Shown: piece after piece, positions 12,658-24,825 of the stretch
Layout of the letters: each line of letters begins with the position of its first letter
How positions within the stretch are numbered: the stretch's first letter is position 1
Assembly: GCA_030390025.1 (NCBI GenBank)
Contig: CM059433.1
Coordinates: 21,206,001-21,270,000 of the forward strand
Source of the DNA: Squalus acanthias
Lineage: Eukaryota
DNA length: 64,000 bases
Reading direction: 5' to 3'
Notes under the pieces: generated by a model
Databases searched by the model: none
The model's input: only the letters and a program-made list of their open reading frames with translations
Told to the model about the DNA's origin: nothing
Program-made: the position numbers and the translations under genes

Positions 12658-13879
12658 AGTGTGATTGAAAAAGAACTTGTCTGCATATTTTTTAAATACA
12701 TTTTTATTTTCATATTGCCTCTTTAATATCAGTGCTGATCCAAAAAATAGCTGCATGCCGGGGATACAAACTTCGCATCTATAGTTTGGATAATGGAACA
12801 ACTTCTGCTGGTTAATATAATCTCTGCATTGCTGCAATCACAAAAGATGTTAGACCTGCTTTGCTCCCTTATTATTTGTATGGAAGACGTCATCATGGGG
12901 AGAATAAATGAATAGTAATGAGTGGAATGGAAGAGGGATTGAGCTCCGATAGATCCTTTCCTAAATATCCCATTAAGCGGAAATAATTTGGATAACCAGT
13001 TGTTCTGATTTTGATAATATATATTTTTGACAGCAGCTTTATACTGATGGACGGTCAGGTGACTGCTGCAAACTAACATAGCCTCTTACAGTAAAATAAT
13101 ACGTCGCAATATAAGTATTTCAGAACTGTATCATTGCAATAAATCGCGTTAGGATAATTATGATAATTTAACACCGAATATCATTGTTCTTCGGGAAAAG
13201 TGTCTCTTTTTTATAACTACGTACACAGGCATGCACAGTACAAAAGAAACGAAAAAGTGTTAAGCTGTTTGCACTGAAGCAAGGCAATAGCACAAAGCCC
13301 CACAGCAGATTTTGTGTTGTACATAGTTCTATTTGTTGTGATGTCTTGACCTTTTAAAAAAAAAGTAGCCCCAGAACTAATAACTCCTCATTTTTATCTT
13401 TCATACTTTTCCTCTTTCTCGGAGTCTGACAGTGTGTTTTCCAGAACAGTCTGTATCGCAGGCTTGATGCTAAATTCAACTCTTCAGTTTTATTCTTGCA
13501 TGAATGGACCTTTCGCTTCCATTTCTCAGTCCTTCAGTTCACGGATTTCATGTACTTGTGCATTGACCATGGGGAAACATTGCTTTAGACACATTTTTTT
13601 TTTAAAAACCCCTTCCACCAGACTAGACTAATGACAGCTTCACGGTATATTTAGTTTTCTTTTCTTGAAGGGGGAGCGGGTGGTTGAGGAATATAGTAAT
13701 ATATTCATGCATTGAAACAAATACATTTTTGTTACACAATATTGACTGTAATTTGTTGCAATTGTTTGATTGTCTCAGCAACTGCCTGAATAACAAAGCA
13801 AATTTAGGGAATGACCTACTTAAAGCAGTTAGGGAACAATTTTGCTTTTTACAATTTTAACCTTTTTGTGAGCAGTGGT

Positions 13880-14160
13880 ATTAAGGCACCAATTTCAGAG
13901 ACTCACAAAAAGAATTAAAAGGGAGCTCCTAGAAAATTTATTCAAACTGGGAGTCATTAGAATGTGGGATTCTCTGCCTCAAATATATTTGAATCAGTCC
14001 ATAAATTCTTTCAGAAGGGAATTAGATAGTTGCCTGAATAAGCGATCTATTAAAGGTTATGGGGAGTGAGCAGGAGAGAGGGTTTCGTTCACGTGGAGAA
14101 AAACGCTGGCACGGACTTAATAGACCAAAAGGACGGTTTCACCCTGTGATGCATTGAGAT
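13880..14160 (+). mobile_element. Old CR1 3' fragment
   Basis: Degenerate VIRMWDSLP...FRRELD..L....IKGYGE. Confidence 0.6.
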
Positions 14161-14409
14161 GTATATTTTTAAAATTCCATCTCTTTTTTTCTCTCCTCCT
14201 CCTCCTCTGAAAGGACTGCACCTGCAGCTGTCCAGCACCATCTCCAATTGGTCAATTGTCAGGTGTCCGGCCAGGCGATGCGTGGCGCCGGGCAATTTTA
14301 CTGCGGAGGGCGTCACAACCAAGACTCTTGCCCTTTGCTGAAGCCGGCACGCATTCACTTTAAGGCAGAGGTCACCTGATAGCAGTCGGCAGCGTCGGAC
14401 CTGGCTTAA

Positions 14410-14585
14410 TTTACTGTTGCTCTCCCCTAGCCCAGGGATGCGGAAGACAGTTGCGAAACTCCAACTGCTGCACTGGCTAAAAGATCAGCTCACTCAGCAC
14501 AGACTGGAACCTGGGAACTTCAGGTCTGTGTAGGTTGAGCAGCATAATCACAGGACGCGTTGGCCTGCTAAGCAATCGGGGGAGC
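14410..14585 (-). mobile_element. tRNA-derived SINE fragment (AmnSINE2-like)
   Basis: GATCAGCTCACTCAGCACAGAC...GAACCTGGG resembles the copies at 50000-50360 and 61560-61950. Confidence 0.45.
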
Positions 14586-15686
14586 TTTAAATGAGATTTT
14601 TAATAAACATCTTAGTTAAAAGGTATAGCAGAAGAAAATCCAGCTGAGGGAGCATAAAATATTTTCTGGGTAATTATGAGCAAGTCCTATCATTAGTATT
14701 CCATTCAAAAATGTCTAATCAAAGAGAAAGACCTTTTGCCTTTGCAGTCTACTTTGTTTGATTTAGCATTTTAAATAAACAGAGTGATGATGACTTCTTG
14801 AAAGGAACTTGCTGGCAGGACTGATTAACCCCAGCAGAAATATAAGGGGGGTTTCACTCTCCTCGATTGGTGGGAAAGGAGCGGGCAGCAATTAAAATGG
14901 AGCGGCTTCATCTCCTGCTCCGCTCCCACCAATTCCCATTTTAATGCGTGCTGGTTTTGACGGCGGGAGCTCGTCAATAAATGCAAATCGGAGTCCCAAA
15001 TCCTTTCTGAGGAATAATGGTCAAAACAAACCCTAAAAAATTACATGCAGCTACAAGAGTAGTTTTGGATTGCTCTAGTATAGAGCCTGTACACACTCAA
15101 TGCTCTGAAGAGCTTCCTTCTGTGCTGTAAAATTCTATGATTTTTGCATTCCACTTCTGCAACACGACGTCACCTTTTCTCCATCCTCACCTCCTCTCCT
15201 GCTGGAACCCTCATCAGTGCCAGCTTTACCCTGAGCTCCACTGAACACAAGTTCCAACTTATCTGGAACGCCAGTATGCACGCCCCATACTTTTCACCTC
15301 TTGGTTTGCTGATCGCCACCAGATTCCAATCCCCCAACAGATTGATTTAAATACCCTCGTTCTTCTTTGCAAGTCCCTCTGTCACCTCACCCTACCGTAC
15401 CTCTGCAACCTCCTCCAGTCCACACCTCTATTGTGCTCTCCCTGTGCCACCCCTACCCACTAGCCCACTCCCATTCACTCCTCTATCAGTGGCAGATCCT
15501 TCAGCATTCAATATTGCCAGATTCATCAGCATCTTCAAGGGCCTCCTCACAATCTACCTTTTCAATTGAACCACCAATCACCTTCCTGGACCTTTCTTTT
15601 TGGGACCTGACAACAGTCTGATAAAAAAAAAAGTCTTTGTCACACCCTTTCTTTGTTGGGAGACACTGAACTTGATCATATACCCA

Positions 15687-15900
15687 GGCCACGATTTTGC
15701 CTTCTGAGGCGGGTCCGGGGTGGCCGGGGTCGTTGGGGGTTGCAACCCCGCTGCTGGCTCCATCCTGCTCTGTGAAAAGAATTTTACGCTGATTGGGCTT
15801 GTTAAGCCCGCTCAGCGCATTTTCCAGCCAATTGAAGGAAGCGGGTCTGATGATGTCACTTGATGATGCGTCATCATGATATATCTTTATATGTGATGTT
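15687..15900 (+). mobile_element. Left end of a Harbinger-type element
   Basis: GGCCACGATTTTGC terminus; TTGTTAAGCCCGC...CCAATT...GATGA block shared with the 42972 copy. Confidence 0.55.
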
Positions 15901-15904
15901 ACCT

Positions 15905-17087
15905 TTTCTCCCTTCTTCTTAGGCAGTCCCTCGGAACCGAGGATGACTTGCTTCCACACTAAAAATGAGTTCTCAGGTGACTGATGAGTCCAATGCGGGA
16001 CCTACAGCCTCTGTCACAGGTGGGGCAGACGGTGGTTGAAGGTGCGGGTGGGGGGTGCTTGGGTTGATGTGCTCTCCTTCTGCTGTTTGCGCTTGGCTTC
16101 CGCTTGCTCCCGGCGAAGAGACTCGAGGCGTTCAGCGCCTTCCCGGATTCCCGGCTTCTCCTCCACTTTGTGCGGTCTTGCGCCAGGGATTCCCAGGTGT
16201 CGGTGGGAATGTTGCACTTTTTCAAGGAGGCTTTGAGGGTGTCCTTGAAGCGTTTCCTCTGCCCACCTGGGGCTCTCTTGCCGTGTCGGAGCTCCGAGTA
16301 GAGTGCTTGTTTTGGGAGTCTCGTATCGGGCATGCGGATGATGTGGCCCATCCATCGCAGCTGATCGAGCGTGGTCAAAGCTTCGATGCTGGGGATGTTG
16401 GCCTGAGCGAGAACACTGACGTTGGTGCGCCTATCCTGCCAATGGATTTGCAGGAGCTTGCGGAGGCAGCATTGGTGGTACCTCTCCAGTGCTTTGAGGT
16501 GCCTGCTGTACATGGTCCATGTCTCTGAAGCATACAGGAGGGTGGGTATCACTACTGCTCTGTAGACCGTGAGCTTGGTGCTGGGTTTGAGGTCCTGGTC
16601 TTCAAACACTCTCTTCCTCAGGTGACCGAAGGCTGCACTGGCACACTGAAGGCGGTGTTGGACTTCGTCATCGACGTCTGCCCTTGTTGACAGTCGGCTC
16701 CCACGGTATGGAAAGTGGTCCACGTTGTCCAAGGCCTCGTCATGGACTTTGATAATCAGGGAGCAGTACTGTGTGGCAGGGGCAGGTTGGTTGAGGACCT
16801 TTGTCTTACGGATGTTTAGTGTAAGGCCCATGCTCTCGTACGCTTCGATGGTTTGGAGTTTGGCCTCCGATTGAGCGCAGACGCAAGCGTCGTCTGCATA
16901 CTGTAATTCGATGACAGAGGATGGAACGACCTTGGATCTGGACTGGAGGCGACGGAGGTTGAACAGTTTCCCGTTTGTTCTGTAGATTAGCTCCACTCCA
17001 GTGGGGAGCTTACTGAGGGTGAGATGGAGCATTGCAGCCAGGAAGATCGAGAAGAGCGTTGGTGCGATGACACAGCCTTGCATGACC
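15905..17087 (-). mobile_element. RTE-clade LINE (BovB/RTE-1-like), 5' truncated
   Basis: QGCVIAPTLF, LQYADD, LLYASETW and a C-terminal C2H2 CPTCDRGCRSRIGLISHLRTH; (AAG)n tail. Confidence 0.9.
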
Positions 17088-17399
17088 ATTACAAAAATGA
17101 CGCAGTTTTTCGCCCTTCTCAAACAAAAAAGATTTGCCAAACATTTTTTCCCAAAGGCAGAACCCCTTTAAGAATCACAGGTAAAATGAGTTGTAGTTAT
17201 ATTTTTTCAGTCGACATGAAGCTTGCCTGAGGATATAATATTACCTGCAAGTCTCCCTTTATTGTACCTTATTGGGCAGTATTGATGTGAGAAATTTTAA
17301 AGTACAGGACAGGGAAATTTTTACTCAGATGCTATAACAAGTACATGAGATTAGAGTTTTGCAACTTTTTAAATTACATTTTTTCCCTTTTCTCTGTCA

Positions 17400-17625
17400 T
17401 TTTCCCTTCCCCACCCCTCTTCTTCTTCGTGTGATGGTACTGTTACAAAGGCCCTGGTTGCCTGTCAGTACTTCACCCAAAGGGATCCATTCTTCATGTG
17501 TAAACCTCGACAGTGAGTGTTGGCAGGCTATTCAGGCATGAGGACTGGAGTAGTGGAATCGCAGCTAAGCCTGGTGTCCACACAATCCCAGTTCCACAGG
17601 GGCCTCTTGACAGCATATCCTTCAA
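17400..17625 (-). mobile_element. tRNA-derived SINE fragment (AmnSINE2-like)
   Basis: CATTCTTCATGTG..AACCT.GACAGTGAGTGTTGGCAGGCTATTC resembles the reverse of the 3' half of the 50000-50360 copy. Confidence 0.45.
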
Positions 17626-17717
17626 CTTGTCTGATGTAATCCGGATGATCTGATTTGGTGGGGTCAATTTTGACCCTTTCACACTTTCCTGACTTTCCAA
17701 CTTTTAAGCTGCCACTT

Positions 17718-18872
17718 TTACATAGGATTACATCGGATATACGGCACAGAAACAGGCCATTCGGCCCAACCAGTCCATGCCGCCATTTATGCTCCACATG
17801 AGCCTCCTCCCGTCTTTCCTCATCTAAATCTATCAGCATAATCATCAATTCCCTTCTCCCTCATATGCGTGTCTAGCCTCCCCCTAAATGCATCTATACT
17901 ATTTGCTTCAACCACTCCCTGTGGTAGCGAGTTCCACATTCTCACCACTCTTTGGGTAAAGCAGTTTCTTCTGAATTCCCTATTGGATTTCTTGGTGACT
18001 ATCTTATATTGATGGCCTCTAGTTATGCTCTTCCCCACAAGTGGAAACACTCTCTCTGTATCCACTCTATCAAAACTTTTCATAATTTTAAAGACCTCCA
18101 TAAGGTCACCCCTCAGCCTTTTTTCAAGAGAAAAGAGATCTAGCCTGTTCATCCTTTTCTGATAAGTATACCCTCGCATTTCTGGTATCATCCTTGTAAA
18201 TCTTCTCTGCACCCTCTCCAGTGCCTCTATATCCTTCTTATAATATGGCAACTAGAACTGTACACAGTACTGTAAGTGTGGTCTAACCAAGGTTCAATAC
18301 AGGTTTAGCATAACTTCCCTACTTTTCAATTCTATCCCTCTAGAAATAAACCCTGGTGCTTGGTTTGCTTTTTTTAATGGCCTTGCTAACCTGCATCACA
18401 ACTTTTAGTGATTTGTGTATTTGTACTCCTAGACCCCTTTGTTCCTCTACCCCACCTAGACTCGCACCCTCCAAGTGATAAGTGACCTCCCTATTCTTCC
18501 TACCAAAATGTAATACCTCACATTTATCTGTGTTGAACTTCATTTGTCAATTATATGCTCCTTCTGCAAGTTTATTAATGTCCTCCTGTAACTTGTTGCA
18601 GTCCTCCTCAGTATTGACTATCCCCCCCCAATTTGGTGTCATCCGCAAATTTAGAAATTGTGTTTTTGATTCCTAAGTCTAAATCGTTAATGTAAATTGT
18701 GAACAGCAGTGGTCCCAGCACTGATCCTTGTGGAGCACCACTACCCACCTTCTGCCACTGTGAATAGCTACCCATTACTCCTACTCTCTGCTTTCTGTCC
18801 TGAAGCCAGCCAGCAATCCATTCTGCTACTTGTCCCTGACTCCGCATTCTCTGACCTTGTTCATCAGTTTAT
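17718..18872 (-). mobile_element. CR1 LINE 3' fragment (second subfamily)
   Basis: [33 protein letters not shown]; (AATCCTATGT)-like tail. Confidence 0.93.
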
Positions 18873-19986
18873 TATGGGGTTCTTACCCATGCCTTCTCCC
18901 CCAAATTCCTGTAGATTGTGATAGTAATCTCTCATGTTTCTCTATCATCACTCCTCTCTCTGCCACTTCCATTCCACTTCTCTCTCTTGAGGAGTCATTC
19001 TTCCCACTCCCACTCCACTCTTCCCTTGAGTAGTCTCTCAGTCTACTCATCTCTGTAGATGTCTCAGTCCACTTTTGCTTCATTCCACTCTCGAGGTCTC
19101 TGCCTGCTTCCACCGCACTCCTCCCTCGTGGCGTCTCCCTGTCCAGTTCCCTTTGCCTCAGTGAAACCACACTGGAGATTCAAAGCTGGTTCTGAGAACT
19201 CAAAGTTGGAGTCCCTAAATTTGTCATTGAGGAATTTTTGTAATATAAATGGATTTAACTTTCAGATTACTTTTTCTCTAAATAGTCAAGGATCCTTCTA
19301 AGTAACAACAGAACTATAGTAAATTATACATTTTATTTCATTAGTGTACATACAGTTTTAAATTCTCTCAACTACAGAAAGGTGATTCAAACCCTGTGGT
19401 TTGATTGCATGATTGCATGAAGCTAAGGCTTTAATCTTCATTTGGATGTTTTTTAAATTTTAAAACATCTCTTCCCTCCCCTCCCACCCACACACATACT
19501 GTATCTACTCAGGGGAGTATAAAGCAGTGAATAATAAACTTAGATGATATACCAGAAAGAAGTCTTCCTGCAAAGAATGATAAATGTCTGGAAGAATTTG
19601 CCAAGCAGGCAGTAGAAATGCAGTCTTTACTTTCTAAAAATGGAACGTTAAAGAAGAATTATTTAAAAGTATGCAAATGTCAAATAAGAGGTTTGAATCC
19701 TATTCCTGGTTTCCACAGGATTGTGATCCCCTATTTGTCATCAAGGCATTTGAAATCATATTATAAGGATCATTTTAAACAAAGGGCAGAAAGACCTTGG
19801 CTGGTTGGGGATTGGACCAGCGAGAGACTCCTCAAGAGTGGAGCCAAGTGGAAGAGAGACTCAGAGCAATGTGAGATGTGGAGTGCAAAGAGGGAGATAT
19901 ATCTGAGAGCAGAGTAGACTAGGAGCAGATCAAGAGAGGAGCAAAGCAGAGCAGGAAGAGTGACTCCTCAAGAAAGGAGAGGATTC

Positions 19987-20076
19987 TCTGAAATAAAAAC
20001 AGAAAATGCTGGAGATACTCAGCAGGTCAGGCAGCATCTGTGAAGAGAGAAACAGAGTTAACGTTTCAGGTCGATG
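19987..20076 (-). mobile_element. Penelope-type terminal repeat fragment, cut inside the hammerhead
   Basis: Homologous to 21137-21220; keeps GACCTGAAACGTTAAC on the minus strand but lacks CTGANGA. Confidence 0.7.
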
Positions 20077-20577
20077 TGGAGTTTGTTCATATTTTCATAT
20101 TTTCTCTCTCTTCCTCTCTCTCCTCCCTTCCTTGTCTCTGGAGCAGTCTTTATTTTTTCTCTCCCTCTTATGCTGTCTCCATTTATTCTTGCTCACTATC
20201 CATCTGTTAGAATATTGAAAGACCCGAAAATGAGAGAGAACACTTCGCTCAACTCGTCCCATTCCTCGAATAGTTCAAATGTCAATTGTGTTTTAATTGA
20301 TAGATTAAAGACTGCATTTCTACTGCCTGCTTGGCAAATTCTTCCAGACATTTATTATTCTTTGCAGGAAGACATCTTTCTGGTATTTCATCTAAGTTTA
20401 TTATTCACTGCTTTATATGTATGACTTCTGGTCCTATTGTCCTGCTTCAGTTTAAAGCAGTATTCAGCATTTTACCTAACTAAGGGAGCATTTCTACTGC
20501 AGTTACAGGTCTGAACCCTTAGCTGGAGTATTGGTTCAGCCAGACAGCACTTCATTTACATTATACATAGAATATAA

Positions 20578-20682
20578 TAAAAACAGAAAATGCTGGAAAC
20601 AATCAGCAGGTCTGGCAGCATCTGTGGAGAGAGTGTTTCTCTCCCTATAGATGCTGCCTGACCTGTTGAGTGTTTCCAGCAT
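20578..20682. mobile_element. Inverted pair of Penelope-type termini (right arm resumes at 21583-21622 after the MITE)
   Basis: ATGCTGGAAACAATCAGCAGGTCTGGCAGCATCT ... AGATGCTGCCTGACCTGTTGAGTGTTTCCAGCAT. Confidence 0.7.
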
Positions 20683-21103
20683 AGTGGCCCAAAAATTAGT
20701 GCCGCTACGCGAGAGTACGCACTGTGTACTCTTGCGTATTCTGTCTCCAATTGCCGGTTTTCTGCATGCACTGCGCATGCACTGAAAACCGGCACTTGGT
20801 GAATTCAATAGGGGGCGGTTCCTAGGTGAACCGCGTGCGCGCTACAGGCTGCGCGCACGCAGTGCACTTAGTGCTTTGAACGCGCAGGTAAGCATGGAAC
20901 ATTTTAGACATAAAGAAAGGAGGCGTAAGACCCTCTTTTAACAAGGTAAGTAGTTAATTAAGTATTATTTTGAATTTATTTTAACAGGTATATCTTTTTT
21001 AGAGACTTTAAAGACAGGTAAGTTTATTTTTATAACTTTTTAAAAGATTTTAAATTTTTTCAAAAATGTAATTTTTTGTTTAAAATGGTTAATTTATTTA
21101 CGA

Positions 21104-21240
21104 TAGCAAAATACTGCGGATGCTGGAAATCCGAAATAACAACAGAAAACGCTGGAAAAACTCAGCAGGCCAGGCAGCATCCGTGGAGAGAGAAAGAGAG
21201 TTAACGTTTCAGGTCGATGACCTTTCATCAGAACTGGGAA
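21104..21240 (-). mobile_element. Young Penelope-type terminal repeat inserted in the MITE
   Basis: 101 of 102 nt identical to 38897-38998; contains a complete hammerhead core. Confidence 0.75.
21199..21235 (-). ncRNA. Minimal type I hammerhead ribozyme
   Basis: AGUU-CUGAUGA-A-AGGUC(AUC)GACCU-GAAA-CG-UU-AACU: stem I 4 bp, core, stem II 5 bp, palindromic stem III. Confidence 0.8.
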
Positions 21241-21667
21241 GAGCCGGAAATCAAATACACTTATTTTATTAATGTGATGGTTTTTTTTTTAATTTAATTG
21301 AGGTTTAGCTGTTCTTTTGCGGGGGTATAGATTCATAGCTTTCACAGCACTTATGTGAAAGCTATGAATGAAAGATGGTGTGCTGCCATTGGCTCTAACT
21401 GAGTCACGTGATCCCACAGCTCGCACGAATTAACTGCGCCTGTGGGATACGGAAGCCCTGCACAGCTGCTGTCCAGAACATCAAGTTCGTGCGAGCTCGG
21501 ACTGAAAAAGCCAGCGCGCAGTGAGAGATCGCGGGGAGGCCTTACCCTCGCACGAAGGCTCTCTCACGAATTTTTGGGCCATTCTGTTTATGTTTCAGAT
21601 TTCCTGAATCCACAATATTTTGCCTTTGACTTCATAACATGATCTAATTGGGATTACGGAAACATGG

Positions 21668-24367
21668 TTGCAGGGTGAGCAGGGATGGGAGCTTAACATA
21701 CAGGGGTATTCAGTATTTAGGAAGGATCGACAAAAAAGAAAGGGAGGAGGGGTAGCATTGCTGGTAAAAGAGGGGATAAATGCAATTGAAAGGAAGGATA
21801 TTAACTCAGTTAATACAGAATCTATATGGGTGGAGCTAAGAAATAGCGAGGGGCGAAAAACATTAATAGGAGTGGTATATAGGCCTCCAAATAGTAAAAT
21901 AGAGGTTGGGGAGGGCATCACGAGGGAAATTAGAGAAGCGTGCAATAAGAGCACAGCTGTCATCATAGGTGACTTTAACTTACATATAGATTGGACTAGC
22001 CTAATCAGTAAAAATAATGAGGAGGAGGAATTCCTTGAGTGTTTAAGGGATGGTTATCTGGATCAATATGTCGAGGAACCAACTCGGGAACAGGCTATAT
22101 TGGACTGGGTACTGTGCAATGAGAAGGGACTAATTAGTAATCTTGTTGTACGGGGACCCTTGGGTCAGAGCGATCATAACATGATCGATTTCTCACTCGA
22201 AATGGAGAGCGAAGAAATTGACTCAGAGACTCAGGTCCTGAATTTAAACAAGGGGAATTATGATGCCATTAGACGGGAACTGAGTAGGTCTGATTGGACA
22301 ACGTTCCTGGGAGGACTGGAGGTAGATAAACAATGGCAAGCATTTAAAGATAGAATGACAAAATTGCAAAAATTGTTTATACCAATCTGGCATAAAAGGA
22401 AATCTAAAAAGGTGACTCAACCGTGGATAACAGGGGAAATTAGAGACAGCATAAAATCCAAAGATAGGGCGTATAAAATAGCCAAAAAACGCGCCAGAGC
22501 GGAAGATTGGGAACAGTTTAAGATAGAGCAAAGGAGGGCAAAGGGCTTAATCAAGAAGGGCAAAATAGCTTACGAAAGCAAGCTGGCGGAAAATATAAAA
22601 ACTAACTCCAAAAGCTTTTATAAGTATATCAAGAGGAAAAGACTGGTGAAAACCAAAGTTGGTCCATTGCAGTCAGATACGGGGGAATATATAATGGGAA
22701 ATAAGGAAATGGCAGACCAACTAAATGCATACTTTGGGTCAGTCTTTACGAAGGAAGACACAAAAAACCTCCCTGGGATATCGGGAAAAATAGGGACATT
22801 GGCAAAGGAGGAACTGACGCAAATCAATATCTCTAAGGATATGGTGTTAAGGAAGCTAAAGGGATTGAAGGCGGACAAATCCCCAGGGCCTGATAACATG
22901 CATCCTAGGGTACTGAAGGAGGTGGCCCTAGAGATAGCGGATGCACTAAGCATGATTTTTCAGAATTCATTAGACTCGGGAACAGTGCCCATGGATTGGA
23001 GGGTAGCTAACGTTACCCCACTATTCAAAAAGGGGGGTAGGGAAAAAGCAGGTAATTACAGACCTGTAAGCCTTACATCAGTTGTGGGCAAAATGCTGGA
23101 GTCCATCATTAAGGATGAAATAGCCGAGCACTTAGCAAATGGGGACAGGATAGGACAGAGTCAACATGGATTTACAAAGGGTAAATCGTGCTTGACTAAT
23201 CTATTGGAATTTTTTGAGGGAGTAACTGGTAAAATAGATGGGGGAGAGCCAGTAGATGTGGTGTACCTGGACTTCCAAAAGGCCTTCGATAAGGTCCCAC
23301 ATAAAAGATTAGCATGGAAAATTGAAGCTCATGGGATAAAGGGGAAAGTATTGACGTGGATAGAGAACTGGCTGTCAGATAGAAAACAGAGAGTTGGAAT
23401 AAACGGCTCATTTTCTGAATGGCAGGCAGTAACAAGTGGGGTACCACAGGGATCTGTCCTGGGTCCCCAGCTGTTCACAATTTATATTAATGACCTGGAT
23501 CAGGGAGTCGAATGCAGCATTTCCAAATTTGCAGACGACACTAAACTAGGAGGGGGGGTGGGCTCAGAGGAGGAGACCAGGAAGCTCCAGAGCGATTTGG
23601 ACAGACTGGGTGATTGGGCGGATAAATGGCAGATGCACTATAATGTGGACAAGTGCGAAGTTATCCACCTTGGGTGCAGGAACGGGAGGGCAAATTATTA
23701 TTTAAATGGCAATAAATTGGGAGAGGGGGAAGTACAGAGAGACCTGGGTGTTCTTGTACACCAGTCACTGAAGGCGAGCATGCAGGTGCAACAGGCGGTC
23801 AAGAAGGCAAACGGTATGCTGGCCTTCATAGCAAAAGGGTTGGAATACAGGAACAGGGATACCTTGCTGCAGCTGTACAGGGCACTGGTGAGACCACACC
23901 TCGAGTACTGTGTACAGTTTTGGTCGCCTCATCTGAGGAAAGATGTTCTTGCCATGGAGGGGGTGCAGCGGCGATTCACCAGGCTGATACCAGGAATGGC
24001 GGGATTGACCTATGAGGAGAGACTATGTAGTTTAGGGATGTACACACTGGAGTTTAGAAGATTGAGAGGGGACCTCATAGAAGTGTATAAAATTCTGACA
24101 GGTCTAGACAGATTAGATGCAGAAGGAATGTTTCCCTTGGCGGGTGAGAACAGAACTAGAGGACATAATTTAAGGATAAGGGCTAAACCATTTAGGACAG
24201 AAATGAGGGGGAATTTCTTCACTCAGAGAGTGGTGAACCTGTGGAACTCATTGCCACAGAGGGCAGTGTACGCCAGCTCATTAAATATATTTAAGAGGGA
24301 ATTAGATATATTTCTACAGGCAAAAGGGGTTAAGGGTTACGGAGAGAAGGCGGGGACGGGATACTGA
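21668..24367 (+). CDS. CR1 ORF2: APE endonuclease + reverse transcriptase (899 aa, N-terminally incomplete)
   Basis: In-frame upstream [45 protein letters not shown] and FADD all intact. Confidence 0.92.
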   Translation: MQGEQGWELNIQGYSVFRKDRQKRKGGGVALLVKEGINAIERKDINSVNTESIWVELRNSEGRKTLIGVVYRPPNSKIEVGEGITREIREACNKSTAVIIGDFNLHIDWTSLISKNNEEEEFLECLRDGYLDQYVEEPTREQAILDWVLCNEKGLISNLVVRGPLGQSDHNMIDFSLEMESEEIDSETQVLNLNKGNYDAIRRELSRSDWTTFLGGLEVDKQWQAFKDRMTKLQKLFIPIWHKRKSKKVTQPWITGEIRDSIKSKDRAYKIAKKRARAEDWEQFKIEQRRAKGLIKKGKIAYESKLAENIKTNSKSFYKYIKRKRLVKTKVGPLQSDTGEYIMGNKEMADQLNAYFGSVFTKEDTKNLPGISGKIGTLAKEELTQINISKDMVLRKLKGLKADKSPGPDNMHPRVLKEVALEIADALSMIFQNSLDSGTVPMDWRVANVTPLFKKGGREKAGNYRPVSLTSVVGKMLESIIKDEIAEHLANGDRIGQSQHGFTKGKSCLTNLLEFFEGVTGKIDGGEPVDVVYLDFQKAFDKVPHKRLAWKIEAHGIKGKVLTWIENWLSDRKQRVGINGSFSEWQAVTSGVPQGSVLGPQLFTIYINDLDQGVECSISKFADDTKLGGGVGSEEETRKLQSDLDRLGDWADKWQMHYNVDKCEVIHLGCRNGRANYYLNGNKLGEGEVQRDLGVLVHQSLKASMQVQQAVKKANGMLAFIAKGLEYRNRDTLLQLYRALVRPHLEYCVQFWSPHLRKDVLAMEGVQRRFTRLIPGMAGLTYEERLCSLGMYTLEFRRLRGDLIEVYKILTGLDRLDAEGMFPLAGENRTRGHNLRIRAKPFRTEMRGNFFTQRVVNLWNSLPQRAVYASSLNIFKRELDIFLQAKGVKGYGEKAGTGY

Positions 24368-24445
24368 ATTGAAGGATCAGCCATGATCTCATTAAATGGC
24401 GGAGCAGGCTCGAAGGGCCGGATGGCCTACTCCTGCTCCTATCTT

Positions 24446-24495
24446 CTATGTATCTATGTATCTATGTATTTATGTATCTATGTATCTATGTATTT
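24446..24495 (+). repeat. (TATGTATC)n CR1 tail microsatellite
   Basis: Direct reading. Confidence 0.9.
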
Positions 24496-24825
24496 ATATT
24501 GCCTTATGTTGGCTCAAACTACAATTCGCCTGCCCAGGAGAGAGCTCTGTTAATGGAATTCTACTCACAGGCACAGAGTTTCTTTCCTAGTGGTTAAAAT
24601 TTAAATGTTGAGAGAGCAGGAGTGGATAGGTTTAAAAATTGCCCGGGGGTCAAAGGAATCTCCAGACTATTTTTTAAACCTAGTTAGATGGCGCACTGGA
24701 GTTATGGTCCATGCTGTGTCAAACCCAAGCACTGCGAGACTGCCTTCTCCATGGGAGCTTCACACTGCCTCTCTAGAGTCAGCTAGGATCCTGGTGTACA
24801 GGTTTATGCTGCGATGATTGCATGA

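Larger units (their letters stand above)
20686..21580 (-). mobile_element. Harbinger-type MITE (family A, divergent subfamily, reverse orientation)
   Basis: 12-bp TIR GGCCCAAAAATT / AATTTTTGGGCC; collinear in reverse with 1117-1882. Confidence 0.8.
21636..24495 (+). mobile_element. Young CR1 LINE, truncated just inside the ORF2 start
   Basis: Stop-free ORF2, 3' UTR hairpin and (TATGTATC)n tail. Confidence 0.97.

Noticed and set aside
12894..12960. Possible terminal exon KDLSELNPSSIPLITIHLFSP* on the minus strand
   Set aside because: Weak acceptor, all three frames locally open, peptide not recognised.
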